A DNA stretch of 62,960 nucleotides, counting the filler, from Bigelowiella natans CCMP2755 (lineage: Eukaryota > Protista > Cercozoa), in the NCBI GenBank assembly GCA_000320545.1. It is 7 parts of 7 records of this genome, joined end to end, with 100 filler letters (N's around TTAATTAATTAA, not from the genome) between each part and the next. Parts side by side here need not be neighbours in the genome. Positions count along the whole stretch, not along the records: positions 1 to 11,270 come from ADNK01003283.1; positions 11,371 to 23,218 come from ADNK01003418.1; 5 more parts are not named here. One strand, given 5' to 3'. The notes under the pieces are model-generated. The model did no database searches. It saw only the letters and a program-made list of their open reading frames with translations, and was not told where the DNA came from. This document shows, in pieces, positions 1 to 14,250 of the stretch. The first letter of the stretch is position 1, and every line of letters starts with the position of its first letter. Both the position numbers and the translations under genes were made by a program.

Positions 1-184
1 CCGATCAAAGGCCCGGCGAAGACGTCCAGCTCCGCCTCCTGCGAGGAGGGGGGGGAGTTGGGGCAGGTGGGAAGTTGAGCCAAGAGATAAGCATCATTGT
101 CACCGTAGCAACACCAGATGTAAGCATCTAGCAGCTCAGAAGAGAGAGGGAGATCAACGAACAGCAAGAATACTTGACACGCAC

Positions 185-224
<40 letters not shown>

Positions 225-386
225 TATATCTTAATAAAACTGGTGGCCCCTCCCCTCCCCCCCCCCCTCCCTATATCCGCTTGCCACTGGTGTTTGCTAT
301 GAACACAGATTCCGATGGAGGAGGTGCGACGTGAGAGAGATTGATATAATGATGATGATCTTGATACCGAAAATATCCCAAACAAC

Positions 387-444
<58 letters not shown>

Positions 445-678
445 ATCTGCACCGGTGTAATTAGATTTCAGATCGTCTAAGTCTTTCTCGAATTATTTTT
501 TTGGTGGTATATTCTGTTTGATATGTATACATTGATGCCCCCACATGCAGCTATTCGCCGGAAGTAGGCTGTACCCACAAATCTCTCTCAGTTATACGAC
601 TTTGCTCGCTACTGTTATTGCTTTGTCTCCTTATTCTCTTCTCCCCCCTTCTCCCTTCCCTTTCTTGCACTTTTTCCT

Positions 679-735
<57 letters not shown>

Positions 736-2665
736 TCTATCTCTCTCCCTCTCCCCCCATCTCTCTGACTGCTGCATATCAGTTGAACACTCTCCTTCGA
801 CATGCGCGAGGAGATTTCCTACCAAAAGCCCCCTCCCTCGCTGCTACCCACGCGGCGCCATCAGGACCTAAAGAGGGTGTGAGAGATGGAGGTGGAGAGG
901 AGGAGAAGAACGAACGCAGTAATCGGAGATCTGGAGATGCTTCTGGCATACAAAATAGAGTGGATGATGAAGAACCAAACCAGTCACAAATAACAAACGT
1001 ATTCTCTCCGAACCAAACACACACGTACGTACATACTTATGGACACATATGTGCACTTACTAACTTCTCTTCTACCCTCTCTCTATTCCCCGGTGGTTAC
1101 TGAGTAGGGGGAGGGGGGGGAATGGATGTTGTTGGCTGCTAGTTATGTGCTTTCTGTGAGTATTATATTGTTGATGTTAATTTTGCATATAGCCCGAAGA
1201 AGCAGTACAACGCTCTGCTGGTGTCATCACGAGGTTCGGATTCTTACAGCATCGAAATAGTACACTAGGCCGCTTTTGATCTCGGCAGATCACCACGTGA
1301 CTTCATTTTGACGACAGATACCATTCGAGAGGGTTATGTTGTCCTTAACTTTGAATGTTATCTATATCTTCTTGGAAACGTGGTGTTGGGGATGAAATTC
1401 TTTGTTGCGGTAACCTGCATCACGCACATATGACATGTGTGCTGTGTGTACGACCTATAATATAGCAATGCCTTTGCGTGAGTGGCACACGGAAAACATC
1501 CACGAAAGAGTCCTGGTTTGCACATGCAACATGATCCAATACCTTGATGAATTACATCATCATCATAGTACTTGTGATGTGCAGCGATAGTCGTGTGATG
1601 CAAAGAATCATTCTTCGAATTGATCTTTCGCTCATTGCATTTGCCGCTTTCAATGACGCTAAGTAGGCATGCTAGCATGCACAGCATCGACAGGTTTCAC
1701 ATTTTGGTGCACAATGTGTTGACTGTCGTTCGCGCACATGCAATGAGCAGTCGTGGGACACGCACAAATCATTTCATTCACATGTTTTTTGAGCGTAGCA
1801 ACATGCTGGATGAGAGCAATGTGACAGCATGCAAGATCACATGGCACTTTTGTTGCTGCTGAAAATTGCAATTGGAAAATTGCAGACAAAATGATCATCA
1901 TCAGAAGCAACTCAGTTCCAAATCCTCCTCAATCAGCAGTGGCGAATGGACAGATGTGTGAAAACATTTCTAATGAACGATGCAGCAGGAGGGGATCTTC
2001 CCAAAGGAAGAAAGAAAGAAAGAAAGAAAAAAAACAGCAGTGGTGGGTGCTCTAATCAACATCAATCATCAGTCCGGAACGTAGGAGAGAAGACAGGCCG
2101 TTTCGTCCGGCCCAGAAGTCGCAGGGTTTCTCATCTACGACAACCAATGAATTATGTCGCGAGCAAATTTGCCTAAGATCATCAACGGCTACATGCATGG
2201 CGAACTTTGGCCTCTCTAAGATTCGAATCCCGGACAAAACCTTCCTGCGACTTCATTATAATTGCAAATTATGACGAAGATCGATGACCGCATACTTGTT
2301 CGCGCCACACATGCCAGATGCTCAGGTCCTTCCCGTCCCCGAGCTCTCTTCGCCCCTTCCTCCTCCTGCCTGTTCACCTGTGATTCCGTGATCATGAGAC
2401 CGACTGATCCATTTTTTAATGTTCTTTGGATCATAGTAGAGTTTGTAGCTACAAGAATCATTCGAAAATCTAATCTGTACCATCTCCCTGAATTGACCTT
2501 AGAGCCCTCCCAGCACCCTCTGATCGCTCGCTCCACCTTCGAGCCACATCTAGCGAATGTAAACCTCGCTCGACTCGTTGTGGAGCTAAAAATTTTCTCA
2601 CCGCACGGCGCCGCAAAAAGCGCCCAGTAGCAACAAGTTCCCTTGCAATATTTTGCAAAGGTGGC

Positions 2666-4239
2666 GTGGGGGATGGTAGTAGGGCTGAGCAAGGGCTATT
2701 ATATGGAAACGCTTCGATCAAACGGCCTTCTGGTCTATGCACCAAACCACGGAACAGCCTAAATAAATTCAACTGTGATGTCGTTGATGGCGACAATACC
2801 GAAGCAGGGACTAAAAGAGGGCAGGTGAAGAGGGGTCGTAAGAATGTCATTACCGTTGCTACTTCAGGGAAAGAGAACGGCATCAGGGAGAGGAGGAGAG
2901 GAAGAGGAGGAGGAGGAGGGGTAAAGAGACGTAGAAAGAGAAAGCTTATACAGACGGACGGATTCGTTATGAAGAGCTCACATCATCAAATTACCAGTAC
3001 AAGCTCAAAGATGATTATGGTCTCGAAAAAGGAAGAAGAAGGGGGAAAGGAGCATGCATGTGGCATTAGAAAGAAACCCATTGCATCAGGACGGGCAAGG
3101 GTTCAAAAGATGAAGAAGAAGAAGGAGAAGGAAAAGGCATTAGGAGACGGTGTTCCGTCATCAGCAGTTTCCTCTTTCTCACCATCCTCTCTAAAAGTCA
3201 ACGAAGAGAACGACAGTATCGTTCCACCCTGCTTTCCCTCCTCCACCTCCTCCACCGCTAGCACCATATTCTCCCCCACCTTGTCATCGCCATGGCCTGA
3301 TGAGTTTGTTAGATATAGCTACGCAATTATAGCAAGGGGTAGCTTCACAGGACCCCTTTCCCTCGTTACTTCGGGCGGCGTTGGGGCCATTCTCGCGGCA
3401 CGGGTGCTCCAGAAGCAGAGCAATTTAGGGGGGGGGAGAGCTAGTGCGGGAGAGGGAAAGACGTTGGCACAGAGGAGGAGGAAGAAATTCCCATTCGCAG
3501 AACGTAAGTGCATCCTAAAGCCATCCTAAAACGTAGATACCTTGTTCCACATACCCCGCCCCCTCCTGTATATATTCCTCGCTGTGCCAGAAAACAGGGG
3601 GTTTGTTTTTTAAGTCGAGAGAATGTTAGGAAAGAAGCAAAATCGCGAGAAAAGACTGGCGTTTTCTCCTTGTTCCTCCTTCTCGATTTATATCATCATT
3701 CTTTCTCTCCATATCTCCAGAAAACGCCAATCGAACAAGAAGACAGTCAAACAGCCCCTTCCCCACCAAGGAACAACAACGCCAGGAGAGTGGCGACCTG
3801 CAACATGAGAAGGAGAAACAACGCCAGGAGAGTGGCGACCTGCAACATGAGAAGGGTGAAAAAGTAGAACCCGGAGAATACGTTCTCAAAGCGGTGTTGG
3901 ACCCTTCTGATTGGGCAGAAGAGATTACAGGATATCACTCTGTTCCCGTGCATCACCCAAATATTGTGAATCTATTTGGCGTGTCGCTTGTATCCGCTAC
4001 TGAGGTAAGTACTGACTACCGGTAGTACTTACTAGTAGCAGTGGTAGATGTGGACGGCGGTGCGATGTGAGTAGGTCGATGCATTTGACCCCCTCCTGCT
4101 CCTCCTCCTCTTCCTATGCAGGTAGATAAATTGTGTTGTTCCATATCAAAGTATAGCGCTAGAAGGAAAGGAGTGGTGCCTGCAATGGTCTTTAGGCGTT
4201 GGGACGGTCTATCAATAACATTACATTCATTCAAACACA

Positions 4240-4292
<53 letters not shown>

Positions 4293-6061
4293 GCATGATT
4301 GCTAGCACTGGCCTTCTCTCTGCCAAGAGATTTTGAATTAAGCATACATCCCGTTGGTGCGCGCGCGCGAGCACACTTTCTCTTTCTTCTTCTTCTTCTT
4401 CTTCTTCTTCTTCTTCTTCTTCTTCTTCTTCTTCTTCTTCTTCTTCGCATCTTGTCTTAATCTTGCCGTCTCCCTCATATCGATAACCTCTATCTTCCAA
4501 AGGCTCTGTAGATGAGAGTATTCGGTCTGGAGAGATTGTGGGGTGGGGGTTGGAGCTGGCGCTGAGAGTGATTGCTGATGCGGCTCGAGGACTGCAATTT
4601 ATGCACGAGAACGGTCTTGTCCACCGCGATATTAAGCCTGAGAATATGCTCTTCCGACTCAACGGTAAGAAAGAAGGAAGGAGGGGGGGATTATGAACGA
4701 CGTGGAAAAGGAGCTTTCTCTCTCTCTCTTTCTTTCTCTTTCTCTCTCTCCCCCTCTCTATCAGTTACATCATAACATCATCATTCTTTGAGATAAATAC
4801 GATCGAACTCACTCCTGTAACGTAATAACATCATCATTCTTTGAGATAAATACGATCATCGAACTCACTCCTGTAACGTATAGGGGGGGGGGAAGGTGTC
4901 TCTCCTCATACTCCTCCTCATACTCCTCATACTCCTTCTCATCATTCTTCCTATTTAACCCCCCCCCGCTTCAAGCTAGCAAGGTCGCATCTAACGATTC
5001 TCTCTTCCTTCCATTTTAGGGCAGGGCAAGATGATCGGTGCCCTGTGCGACTTGGGAATGGTATGCAGCGTGCGCCGTATGTCGGAGTCTGGCATTGAGC
5101 TCTTTGATAAGGAGATAAAGGATGGAGGTTGTGGAACCAGAAGCTATATGGTACGTACGTACTACAATATGTGTACCAGAAGCCATTACATGTCATATTA
5201 CCAGCACGTGCAAGTGTTGTTGTTGTTGTTGTTGTTGTTTGTTTGTGTGCTATCATCTCTTAGGAGTGATTGCGCAATTTTTATGCGGGTACAAAGAATG
5301 AATATACAATAATCTGCATATCTTATATAGCTCTCTCACATGATTAACACTAGGCCCCAGAATGCAAGAAGGGCCTTCCCTACTCTTTGCCAGCCGATAT
5401 GTATTCGCTCGCTGTCACTGTCGAGGAGGTAGTAACAGAGACTGTCTGATATATACATATGCTTGCTGTCGGATGAGTCACGCCTGCTAGCATTACAGGC
5501 TCCTCATAATCATGGTGATATTATGTTCTTCATATACTTTCAGCTTCCCTATCTGTATATTATAAGCTATCTTCAGAGAAATGATGGAGTAGTAGTAGTA
5601 GTAGTAGCGAAAACAATAAGAGGCTAATATGCCCTCCCTGGTGTCGTCGTCTCGTCGCTATTTGGTGATGAAATAGCTGGCGTTTGCTTATCATAAGAGA
5701 TCACATATCGCTGCCTGATCATGCACTAATACAATGCATAAGGTGGCCAGAGCTGCCAAGCCTTGTGCAGATACGCTGGATCCATTACTGCGGCCTGTTG
5801 TAAGGAAAGGTCATATATACGCTGCTTTGTGTCTGTGTGTGTGTGTGTGTGTGTGTCCTTCTCTCATCATTTACCGCTGCTCCTCCTTCTCACATGATCA
5901 TCATCATCATCATCATCATCATCATTTCCCAGGACGTAGCCATAGATGGTGCAACAGGCCAAACGCTGGAGAGTTCCTGCAGAGGCTCGAGGAGGTGTGC
6001 AATGAGCTCAAACGCCTTGCAGAGAATCGAAACAGACAGAGGCCAGGGCTCCGAGATCGGT

Positions 6062-6063
<2 letters not shown>
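2666..6063 (+). CDS. Multi-exon Ser/Thr protein kinase with long low-complexity N-terminus (true start unresolved)
   Basis: GT-AG exons splice in frame: ..-3503, 3721-4004, 4122-4206, 4503-4664, 5020-5150, 5354-5428, 5743-5809, 5933-6063. Motifs in order: IARGSF (Gly loop), YVLK, EE, HHPNIVNLFG, HRDIKPEN, DLG (DFG equivalent), GTRSYM|APE, DMYSLA, RPNAGE. Confidence 0.9.
3776..3855 (+). repeat. 42-bp tandem duplication inside a kinase exon (RQESGDLQHEK twice)
   Basis: acaacgccaggagagtggcgacctgcaacatgagaagg occurs twice, in frame. Confidence 0.85.
4772..4880. repeat. ~55-bp tandem duplication in a kinase intron
   Basis: ataacatcatcattctttgagataaatacgatc...gaactcactcctgtaacgta occurs twice. 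Confidence 0.85.
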
Positions 6064-6099
<36 letters not shown>

Positions 6100-6435
6100 T
6101 GTGTGATCTGATTTCGGAATAAAGTGCCACACAACTATGGAGCAGCAGGGCCTTCCATTTATTTCGAGCATCCAAGGAAAAATCGCCGATGATGTTTTCA
6201 CATGACAGCGTGGCGTAGCCGCGCATTCTCCCCCCTTGCCATAACGATGTATTTCTCGTTCCTGTGTGCTGTGTCAATTACACGAAGGCGTCGAGGGCGA
6301 TTCATGCTGCCAGCCATCCGTTAGTTTATGGTGGAAGGAGGAGGAGAAGGAGGCAACATCGTTTATGTGTCGATGCATGTCCTTCGCACCTTTCGATTGG
6401 ACATCTCCAGAGGATTATGCTTCACAGAGCATCCA

Positions 6436-6476
<41 letters not shown>

Positions 6477-7329
6477 ACATATATGTTGCATTTTGTGCTG
6501 TTTGGAAGTGGGCGCAACTAGGTTATTATTTACTTCTGCATTGTCATTATTGATTTAGTAATTATTAATTATCACTTATAGCTGTCCACAAATATGAGTT
6601 AAGACTCATGTTGTGTGGCTCGTTATATTAGATCAACCTCCTGCATGTAGCACAGTGTGCCCGACAAATATGGTGGATAAAGCTTGCAGGATTTCCGTTG
6701 AAACATCATTATTACAGCACAGCATGCATTGTTGTATGACACATTTCTCCTGTAATGCGTGCGAGTAAAGCGTCAAGGCACATGTCTTCACTGTCTTCAC
6801 ACTATGCTTATTATACTGAAAGTCAAACACTGTGCAATAATACGGCTTATATATGTGCGTAGCCCGCCTAGTATATATACACTAGAAATGCTCCGGCTAG
6901 CCGGCCAATGCCAGCATGACGCTGTCTAGCTGTTGCATTCTGATCGATGCTTTCTCACGTGGTACATGAGTATTCTAGCATTGCTGACTGCCAATGCTGT
7001 CTACATGCAAGAGCATTGATTGATTACATCTGTCTTACATTCTAGCACTGCCAATGCTGTCTACAATAAGAGCATCCGTATACGATGATATAATTGATAA
7101 TCATGATGCATGTCGGTAGCTCCACGCACGGTTTTATACTTTTTTGCAGGTATCTTTAAGAAGGTATGCACGACATGAAGTCGTCGTCTAATATATGTAC
7201 ACGACAACGCCGGGACGCTAGAACGCACATGCATCATCATCGCATTTTGTCACGCCACAGCAGACTAAGCAGATCGAGTATGTAGGGGGCGGCGCATGCG
7301 GGAACAGCGATCAATGATTTAATCGCTCA

Positions 7330-7767
7330 TTATTCTAGTATTACAATCTCTGCAATCGCCACCCAATTCTCCTGTGGTTCAGTGATCTGAAGCTTGATGC
7401 AGTGGACAGGCTCGGCTTTGTTGAACACAAGCGTCGCCGTCCCCGATGTCTCGATCCTAGCTCCCGGCTGCAACCCCTGCCCCCCGCCAATAAGCAGCAA
7501 CGGATCATTGCAGGATGATGACGAGGAGGAGGAGGGGGAAGGCGGTAAATACGCTTGTAAGATTCCATGAAATACCTTCGAGGAGAAGAGATTTTATCAA
7601 CAACAACAGGTATATCTAATCGCTTATAAGAATGGCTTCCATTGCGGATGGGTGTACCATGTCGCGCTGCTTCATTTGCTGCACCCCCGTGATGATAGAT
7701 ATCCGCCGCGCTATCTTAGGTTCCGTGAGGATGACTGTGAAGGTATCTGCATCCGTTGGAGCCCTAT

Positions 7768-7858
<91 letters not shown>

Positions 7859-7953
7859 ATGTACCGATTAGACCAAAAAAAGGTCTCAGAATTTCCATCA
7901 AAAGCGAAGTCAGCGCTGAAGGACAAGTAGTGCGGCATCGTTGATTCCACCTA
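7330..7953 (-). CDS. 3' exons of a protein ending in an F5/8-type C / CBM32-like (MGAT4 C-terminal lectin-like) domain; upstream exons probably extend to ~10 kb
   Basis: Spliced reading FAFDGNSETFFWSNR|APTDADTFTVILTEPKIARRISIITG...DM|VFHGILQA...GTATLVFNKAEPVHCIKLQITEPQENWVAIAEIVILE* matches the DG...FW / TG..D.L / W..I.EI pattern of this fold. Confidence 0.55.
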
Positions 7954-9589
7954 TAGCATGCGATCGAGGAAGCACCACCACCATATGTACGCAATCGGTT
8001 TTTTGTGTATCTAAACTTGGTTTCAGCTCTGTTAGCTCTTCTCATGCTCTAATCGGTATTTCATATATTCGTATTTTCTTCCTGCACACTTTGGAAGATG
8101 ATTGTTCTCTGTTGTTGCCCTATTGCTGCCAATCATCTTCATGCCATTATCACAGCAGCACAATGTCAATCATCATCATCATCATCATCATCTGCAGCAT
8201 CAGCAGCACATACTACTCTCCATCGTCTTCGTCGACATTCATCAGAAGTACCGTACCTTGGCCGGCAACCTGAGCTGCGGCACCTTACTGCGATGAAGAT
8301 CCACATATCTGGTACAGAGCAATATGAACATCAGCTCAAATAACGAGGAGGGGGGGGAGGAGGAAGTGAAGCTAGCAGGGAAAACGGCACGTATCGTATC
8401 AATTGCTCGCACAGCAATAGCGAACACCTTTCTGGAGAGGCGGGGACCGCTGCAAAGCAAAGAAAGGAAGTGGATGGGGAGGGAAAGTGAGAAGGAGGAG
8501 GAGTAGGACTTATAGAACGACGAATAGGAGGGCTTAAGGGCTGACATCATCCTCTTCATCATCAACAAAACAGGCAAGAGCTACTTCTCTCGCTCTGCCG
8601 AAAACGCATCAGCCCAAAAATTGGGCCGAAAATTACCGAGCGGAGCCGGTCGCTGAATTGCATGTAGCCAGTTCCGAACGCTCGCCTCCTGCGCGTACGG
8701 ATGATACAGGAAGCCATTACATGATAACAAGTGCAGGAATTCAAAGGTATTCGAATACATCAATGGTTTTTGTTTGTGCTCCAATCACCGCCCTCCCCTC
8801 TCCCCTCCCCTCCTCTGTCAAATGACAGCATCAGTACTTTTTGCTGGTAGGTCCTCCCCTCCTCGGGCTGCCATACCTTAGTTTACGAATAATATCAACA
8901 ACAACAATACCAAAAATCTTTCTCTGAGACGCCCCCCCATGTGAGCGTTAGTACTGCGAGAGCGAAAAAACGAAGCTCCTCCTCCTCCTCCCACTCTCCT
9001 CTCGCAACCACCCTCCACCACGCTGCGATTTCTAAGAAATCCATGACTATGTCAGTAGTGAATGGTCAGGGATTTAGTAAAATTGTGTAAGAGCCACAGT
9101 CGCCATTCTGCCAGTATCGCCACTACTTCTACCCCTCTAATACTGCTACTACTACTTCTTCTTCTACTACTACTACTACTACACCAGCTGTGTCATCACG
9201 CCTTTGTGGTCCGACATCTTCATGCCCCTCCTCGGTATACCTGAGAGCAATGCGGGCGGTGATAGTCAAGGTTGAGTAATAATGATGGTGATAATGACGA
9301 CGACGACGATGTTGATGATGAAAAACCTCCTCCATCTTTCCCGCTCCAATCAAACATCTCTTGCCCGAAGAGATACCTGACAATATCATATACGCTTTTG
9401 ATCGCGACGGCGGTGATGATAGCATTGATGGTGATGATACATGAGGCGAGTAAGGATGTGTCATCCTTTTAAATTGTTCGGATATGTTGTTGTTGTTGTT
9501 GTTGTTGTTGCATATTGTAGCGTGTTTTTCGAAGGAGAGTCGGGGAGCTCAGCAATACGCACCACCGCTAGCTACACCCCCCCCCTCCC

Positions 9590-9629
<40 letters not shown>

Positions 9630-9827
9630 GGTCCTTTCTAGTCGGTCTTACGTGTCACAGGTTATGAGGTTCTCCGCTGCAACGTTCCTCCGAACAAGGA
9701 TGCGGTCAAGACGGCATGGGTCTTGTAGTTAGTTGTGGAAGAGGAGGAGGAGGAGGAGGGAGGGGGGGGGGGGGCAAGTCAGGGGAGGGCAGCAGAGGGA
9801 ATAGCAAGCGAGCAAGAGGGGGGGAGA

Positions 9828-9911
<84 letters not shown>

Positions 9912-10962
9912 TTCACACACTTCTGCGACTACGCCGGCTTACACCCCTCCCCCCCCACGGACCGAGATGTGCTGCTCGCTGATCTTGGAAGTTGGGAAAT
10001 GTGGATCCAGGAAAGCGAGAGAGGTCGGGATATACGTCCTCCCATACATCTCTATCGATCAACGAGCATTATCATCATATCATCAACATCATCATAAGCA
10101 TCATCATCAAAGTATCACCAAAGCATCATTGTCGTCATCATCATTGTCATCATCATCATCATCGTTCGCAGTTTAGGATTTACACGTTCGGCGATAATCA
10201 TGCTGTATATGTATATGTAGTAGTAATAGTAGTTGTTGTAGTTGTCTCGTCGTTGCTAAATGATGAAGACACTAACTTACACACAGCAGCGACTAACCAG
10301 CCTTTCTAAGGTGTTTACATGCGCTAACAAAACATGCCACTTCTACCGAAACTTCGCAGTAGATGTGGCTCCATTAAAGGCACTCTTTGCTACCTGATGA
10401 AAGCGAGGATGTGTTAAATCGAGCTATGATGCAGCAATGAAGGAGAAGAAAAATAAAAAGAAGGAGTAGGGAGGGCGAGGCGATTGAGTTGTATGGGGAT
10501 CGATGGCAATGATTCGGTTCCTTCCGCTTCGAAAAAGACGTTCCAGTGAATAATAAATCCGACAACACATCATCATCCTCATCATCATCATCATCATCAT
10601 CATTATCGGTTTTGGAACATTCATGGGAGCGATCCTTGTATTCGTCTGCGACGACGTTATGGCTGGTCACGTTGCTTCTAACCATGTTTGTTGTTCTTTG
10701 CTGACATTCTGTGTTGTGTATTTCCTCCTCTCCTCCTCCTCCTCCTCCTCCTCCTCCTCCTCCTCCTCCTCCTAGTACCCACCCACCCACCTGGGAGCAG
10801 GGATTGTATTTGTGGAAACTAAAGTCATTGATAGGCCGGGTGGCTAGGTCAATCGGCCATTCAAAGTCGAAGTACGTGTTCAAATCCCCGACCTTATTGG
10901 TTATTATTCTTTTAGTCATATTCGTGTTATCCCCCTTCCACACCCCCCCACACACACCTGTA

Positions 10963-11007
<45 letters not shown>

Positions 11008-11036
11008 TATATGGGAGATCATATGTGTATGTGTAC

Positions 11037-11269
11037 CAATATTATGGAGGTTTGGGCGGGTGTCCTCCACGTCGTCAAGATCAAAACGATTTCTGAAGAG
11101 CTGGAGTCCCTGGATTACGTACACGAACATAAATAAGGCCAATATGAGCATGAAATAGCCGATTTCTCTCTGGGACGTGAACAAAGCCTTGACGATATTT
11201 TGCAATCTCTTGCAGTTCCTCAGCAATTTGAATATACGGAATCACCCGGAAACTTCGGAGGGTTGACAA
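11037..11269 (-). CDS. Voltage-gated Ca/Na channel fragment (S4, S4-S5 linker, S5), truncated by the gap, with a 1-nt frameshift
   Basis: LSTLRSFRVI(fs)RIFKLLRNCKRLQNIVKALFTSQREIGYFMLILALFMFVYVIQGLQLFRNRFDLDD resembles Cav/Nav domain II (R/K every third residue, then G.QLF). Downstream exons were not resolved. Confidence 0.7.
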
Positions 11270-11270
11270 C

Positions 11271-11370
11271 NNNNNNNNNNNNNNNNNNNNNNNNNNNNNN
11301 NNNNNNNNNNNNNNTTAATTAATTAANNNNNNNNNNNNNNNNNNNNNNNNNNNNNNNNNNNNNNNNNNNN
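11271..11370. other. Artificial assembly linker N44-TTAATTAATTAA-N44; also at 23219-23318, 43888-43987, 47835-47934, 53695-53794, 58706-58805
   Basis: An identical six-frame-stop spacer sits in the middle of every 100-nt gap. Confidence 0.97.
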
Positions 11371-11447
11371 TTTATTTCTTTGTCTTCCTCCCCCCCGCGC
11401 AAAAAAACGCGCGCGCGCGCGCGCGCGCGCGCGCGCGCGCGGGTATA

Positions 11448-11548
<101 letters not shown>

Positions 11549-11567
11549 TATATGCATATATCTGCAG

Positions 11568-12161
11568 CTCCCGGAGGTGCACTACCAGTACGCGCTGGCG
11601 CTTGAGGACGAAGGCCACTTCGAGCGCGCGGAGGAGGAGTTCATAAACGCGAACAAGCCGAAAGAGGCCATCGACATGTACAACCACCAGCGCCAGTGGG
11701 AGGCCGCTATGAAGGTGGCGGAGAACCACGATCCGGTCTCCATCGCTACCATCTGGGAGGAAAAGGGCCACGTCGCCAAAGACCAGAAGAACTACGAGGC
11801 CGCTGAAAACTTCTACATCAATGCGAAGAAGCCCCAGCTCGCCATCTCGACGTACAAGGAGGCCGGCATGTGGGACAAGGCGCTCAAGGTCGCGCGGAAC
11901 CACGCGCCGCACCTCGTCAAGTCGGTGCAGAACGAGCACGACACGTACGTCACGAACGTCAGCGACTCCGGGTCCTTGCAGTACAGGAGATCGCAGGCAC
12001 GGCTGCAGCAGCAGCGCGGGAAGTACAGCGAGGCGATTGACGAGTTGCTTCAGATCGACGAGGCTCTGTGCCCCAACAAGGTTCACTTGGAAAAGCAGCT
12101 GTACCGCGTGTGCAATTTATTTATCATCATACATGTGAAGTATGTTATTTAATAAGGTGTA

Positions 12162-12220
<59 letters not shown>

Positions 12221-13648
12221 AAGCGTGTGATCGTCGTCCTACCCCATGTTTGGGCACGATCATTGCTTTTCTTTCTTGGCTTTCTTCCTTTTGGTTCCGC
12301 GCCGGGGGCCGCACGCTTTCTAACTGCCAATGATACCATACCCACCCACCAGACCGAGCTGTCCTCCCTCATGGACGAGGCGCTGGGCTTGGCGAGAGAC
12401 TACGTCTCGTCGCGTGTCAAAGAAGTCTCGAGGAAGGCCAGCGTGATCCTCAACAAGATGGGGGAACCTACCAAGGCGGCCAAGATCCTGGATGCTGCCT
12501 CGCTCACCCGCGAGGCCGTGGATGTGCTAATAGAGAACCGCATCTTTGACCTTGCGCGACAGTACGCGGAGCGGGGAGCGCCGCAGCTCTTGAAGCTGGT
12601 AGACAAGCGGCATCAGCAGCAGCTGATGAACGAGGGAAACACCGACAAACTATCTCAAATCAACCCGACAGCGGCCATGGAGATGTTCATCAAAAAGGGC
12701 GACTGGCCGAAGGTCTACCAGCTCGCCAACCGGCAGGGCAAGGGCGTCGTCATGCACTGCGCCGCGATGCACGCGGACTCGCTGGTGAAGAAGAAGCAGC
12801 TCGTGCAGGCTATCAACGTCCTTAGAAAGTACGGAGGCAGCCTGGACAAGGCCAACATTGGCCTCTACACTACCGTGTGCAGGGCGGTGTTGAAGGACCC
12901 CGCCATCGAGAGTAAGTCCCATTCCTCGAGCATCGTGCCAGACTCGCACGTGGGGCTCAGGGAAGTGCTCTATCGCCTGCTGGAGGGGCAGTACCAGGCC
13001 AAGGGAAAGCTGGAGTCTCTGTGCAAGTATCTTCGCGTCGTCCACCTGTCCGCACTGCGCCGCAAGTGCGAGGAGCTGAAGCTGAAGGACCTCGTTGCGC
13101 ACCAGTGCGTCGCGCTGCTGAGACACACGGAACTGCTGCCGGTTGACGTCGCCTTCTACCACGCGGGGCAGAAGTGCAAGGAGGAGGAGCGGATGGAGAT
13201 GGCGTTTGTGTTCTTCAACCGTTTCGTGGACATCTCTGACATGATAGAGGACGAGGAGGAGCACATCGACGAGGCGGAGTTCCTGAAGACTGACATCCCC
13301 TCCGCCATCAAGACCGTGCCTAAGGCCTCCAACTTCGACGAGAACACCCGCGAGGAGGTCCGCGAGTGGGCCCTCAACGCCGGCATGGACAAGATGATCA
13401 ACAACGAGCTGCCCCTGCGGACGTGCAGCAATTGCGGAACAAAGACGTACGAGGCGGGGGTTACGTGTCATAGCTGCAAGCATAAGAGCACCGAGTGCAT
13501 CATCACGGGTCTGCCAGTTCCCCGCGGCTCTGGCTGTGTGAGCTGCCCGAAGTGCGGGGTAAAGGCAACGAAGACGGCTTGGAACCTGTATGTAATGAAA
13601 GCCAAAGCATGCCCGTGGTGTGAATCCCGCGCAGTGGCAGTGTATTAA
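11568..13648 (+). CDS. IFT172: Intraflagellar transport protein 172, C-terminal exons (11568-12107, 12353-13648)
   Basis: [74 protein letters not shown] and the C-terminal CxxC/CIITG.PV/CPWC zinc-binding region are characteristic of IFT172. Confidence 0.93.
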
Positions 13649-14250
13649 CTCAAAGCTCCTGTTGCTGCGGTGGGGCTTTTTGAGATTTGCAGCCCTTGCT
13701 CTTGCTTCCACTGGGTCGTGAATCTGCTGAAGATAGGAATAATGATCTTCGTCATCGCAGCGCATCGAAATGATGATGCCTTAGGTGGAGAATGCGAGCT
13801 ACTTCAGCCAGAAGATTTAAACATAATTATTACTAAGCGAATTCTGGATTGCGGAGGCAATGCGATACATGGCATTGCACGTGCGCATTGCTGAGGTGCG
13901 CGATGCATAGCATGCTTGAACGTCGCGGTGGCCGGTGCGCTGCAGCGGTTGCATCACCGCATCAAGCAGGTGATTTGTGTATTTCGTTTCGCTAAATCTT
14001 GCGCTGGCTAGCACCTGCAGCAGCCTAGCTGACAGCTGCCGTGCACGTACGTATGTATATACATGGCACAGGCAACTCATCACAGACGTGCTCAAGTATA
14101 TATATACAAGCGCATATGCATGTGCAAGCCCAGACATGCTAGCATGTGCCACTTTGCACTCTTTTTGTTGTGCTCTGTTGAACAACGACTATCTAGCTAT
14201 GTGCTCTTCGCGCGGCAACAACCTGAATGCGCGCGCACGTATGTCAGACA

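Noticed and set aside
545-1103. Poly-SL/RE/YI/CV/HT ORFs here and throughout the window
   Set aside because: Translations of intronic (CT)n, (TA)n and (CA)n microsatellites.
11236-11242. Frameshift in the channel S4 segment as programmed recoding
   Set aside because: Lies ~30 nt from a contig end with no slippery site; a sequencing error is more likely.
11315-11326. TTAATTAATTAA palindrome recurring six times
   Set aside because: Artificial six-frame-stop linker centred in every N gap; not biological.
12650-13765. 371-aa antisense ORF (also 11319-12086)
   Set aside because: Shadow of the GC3-rich IFT172 exons.
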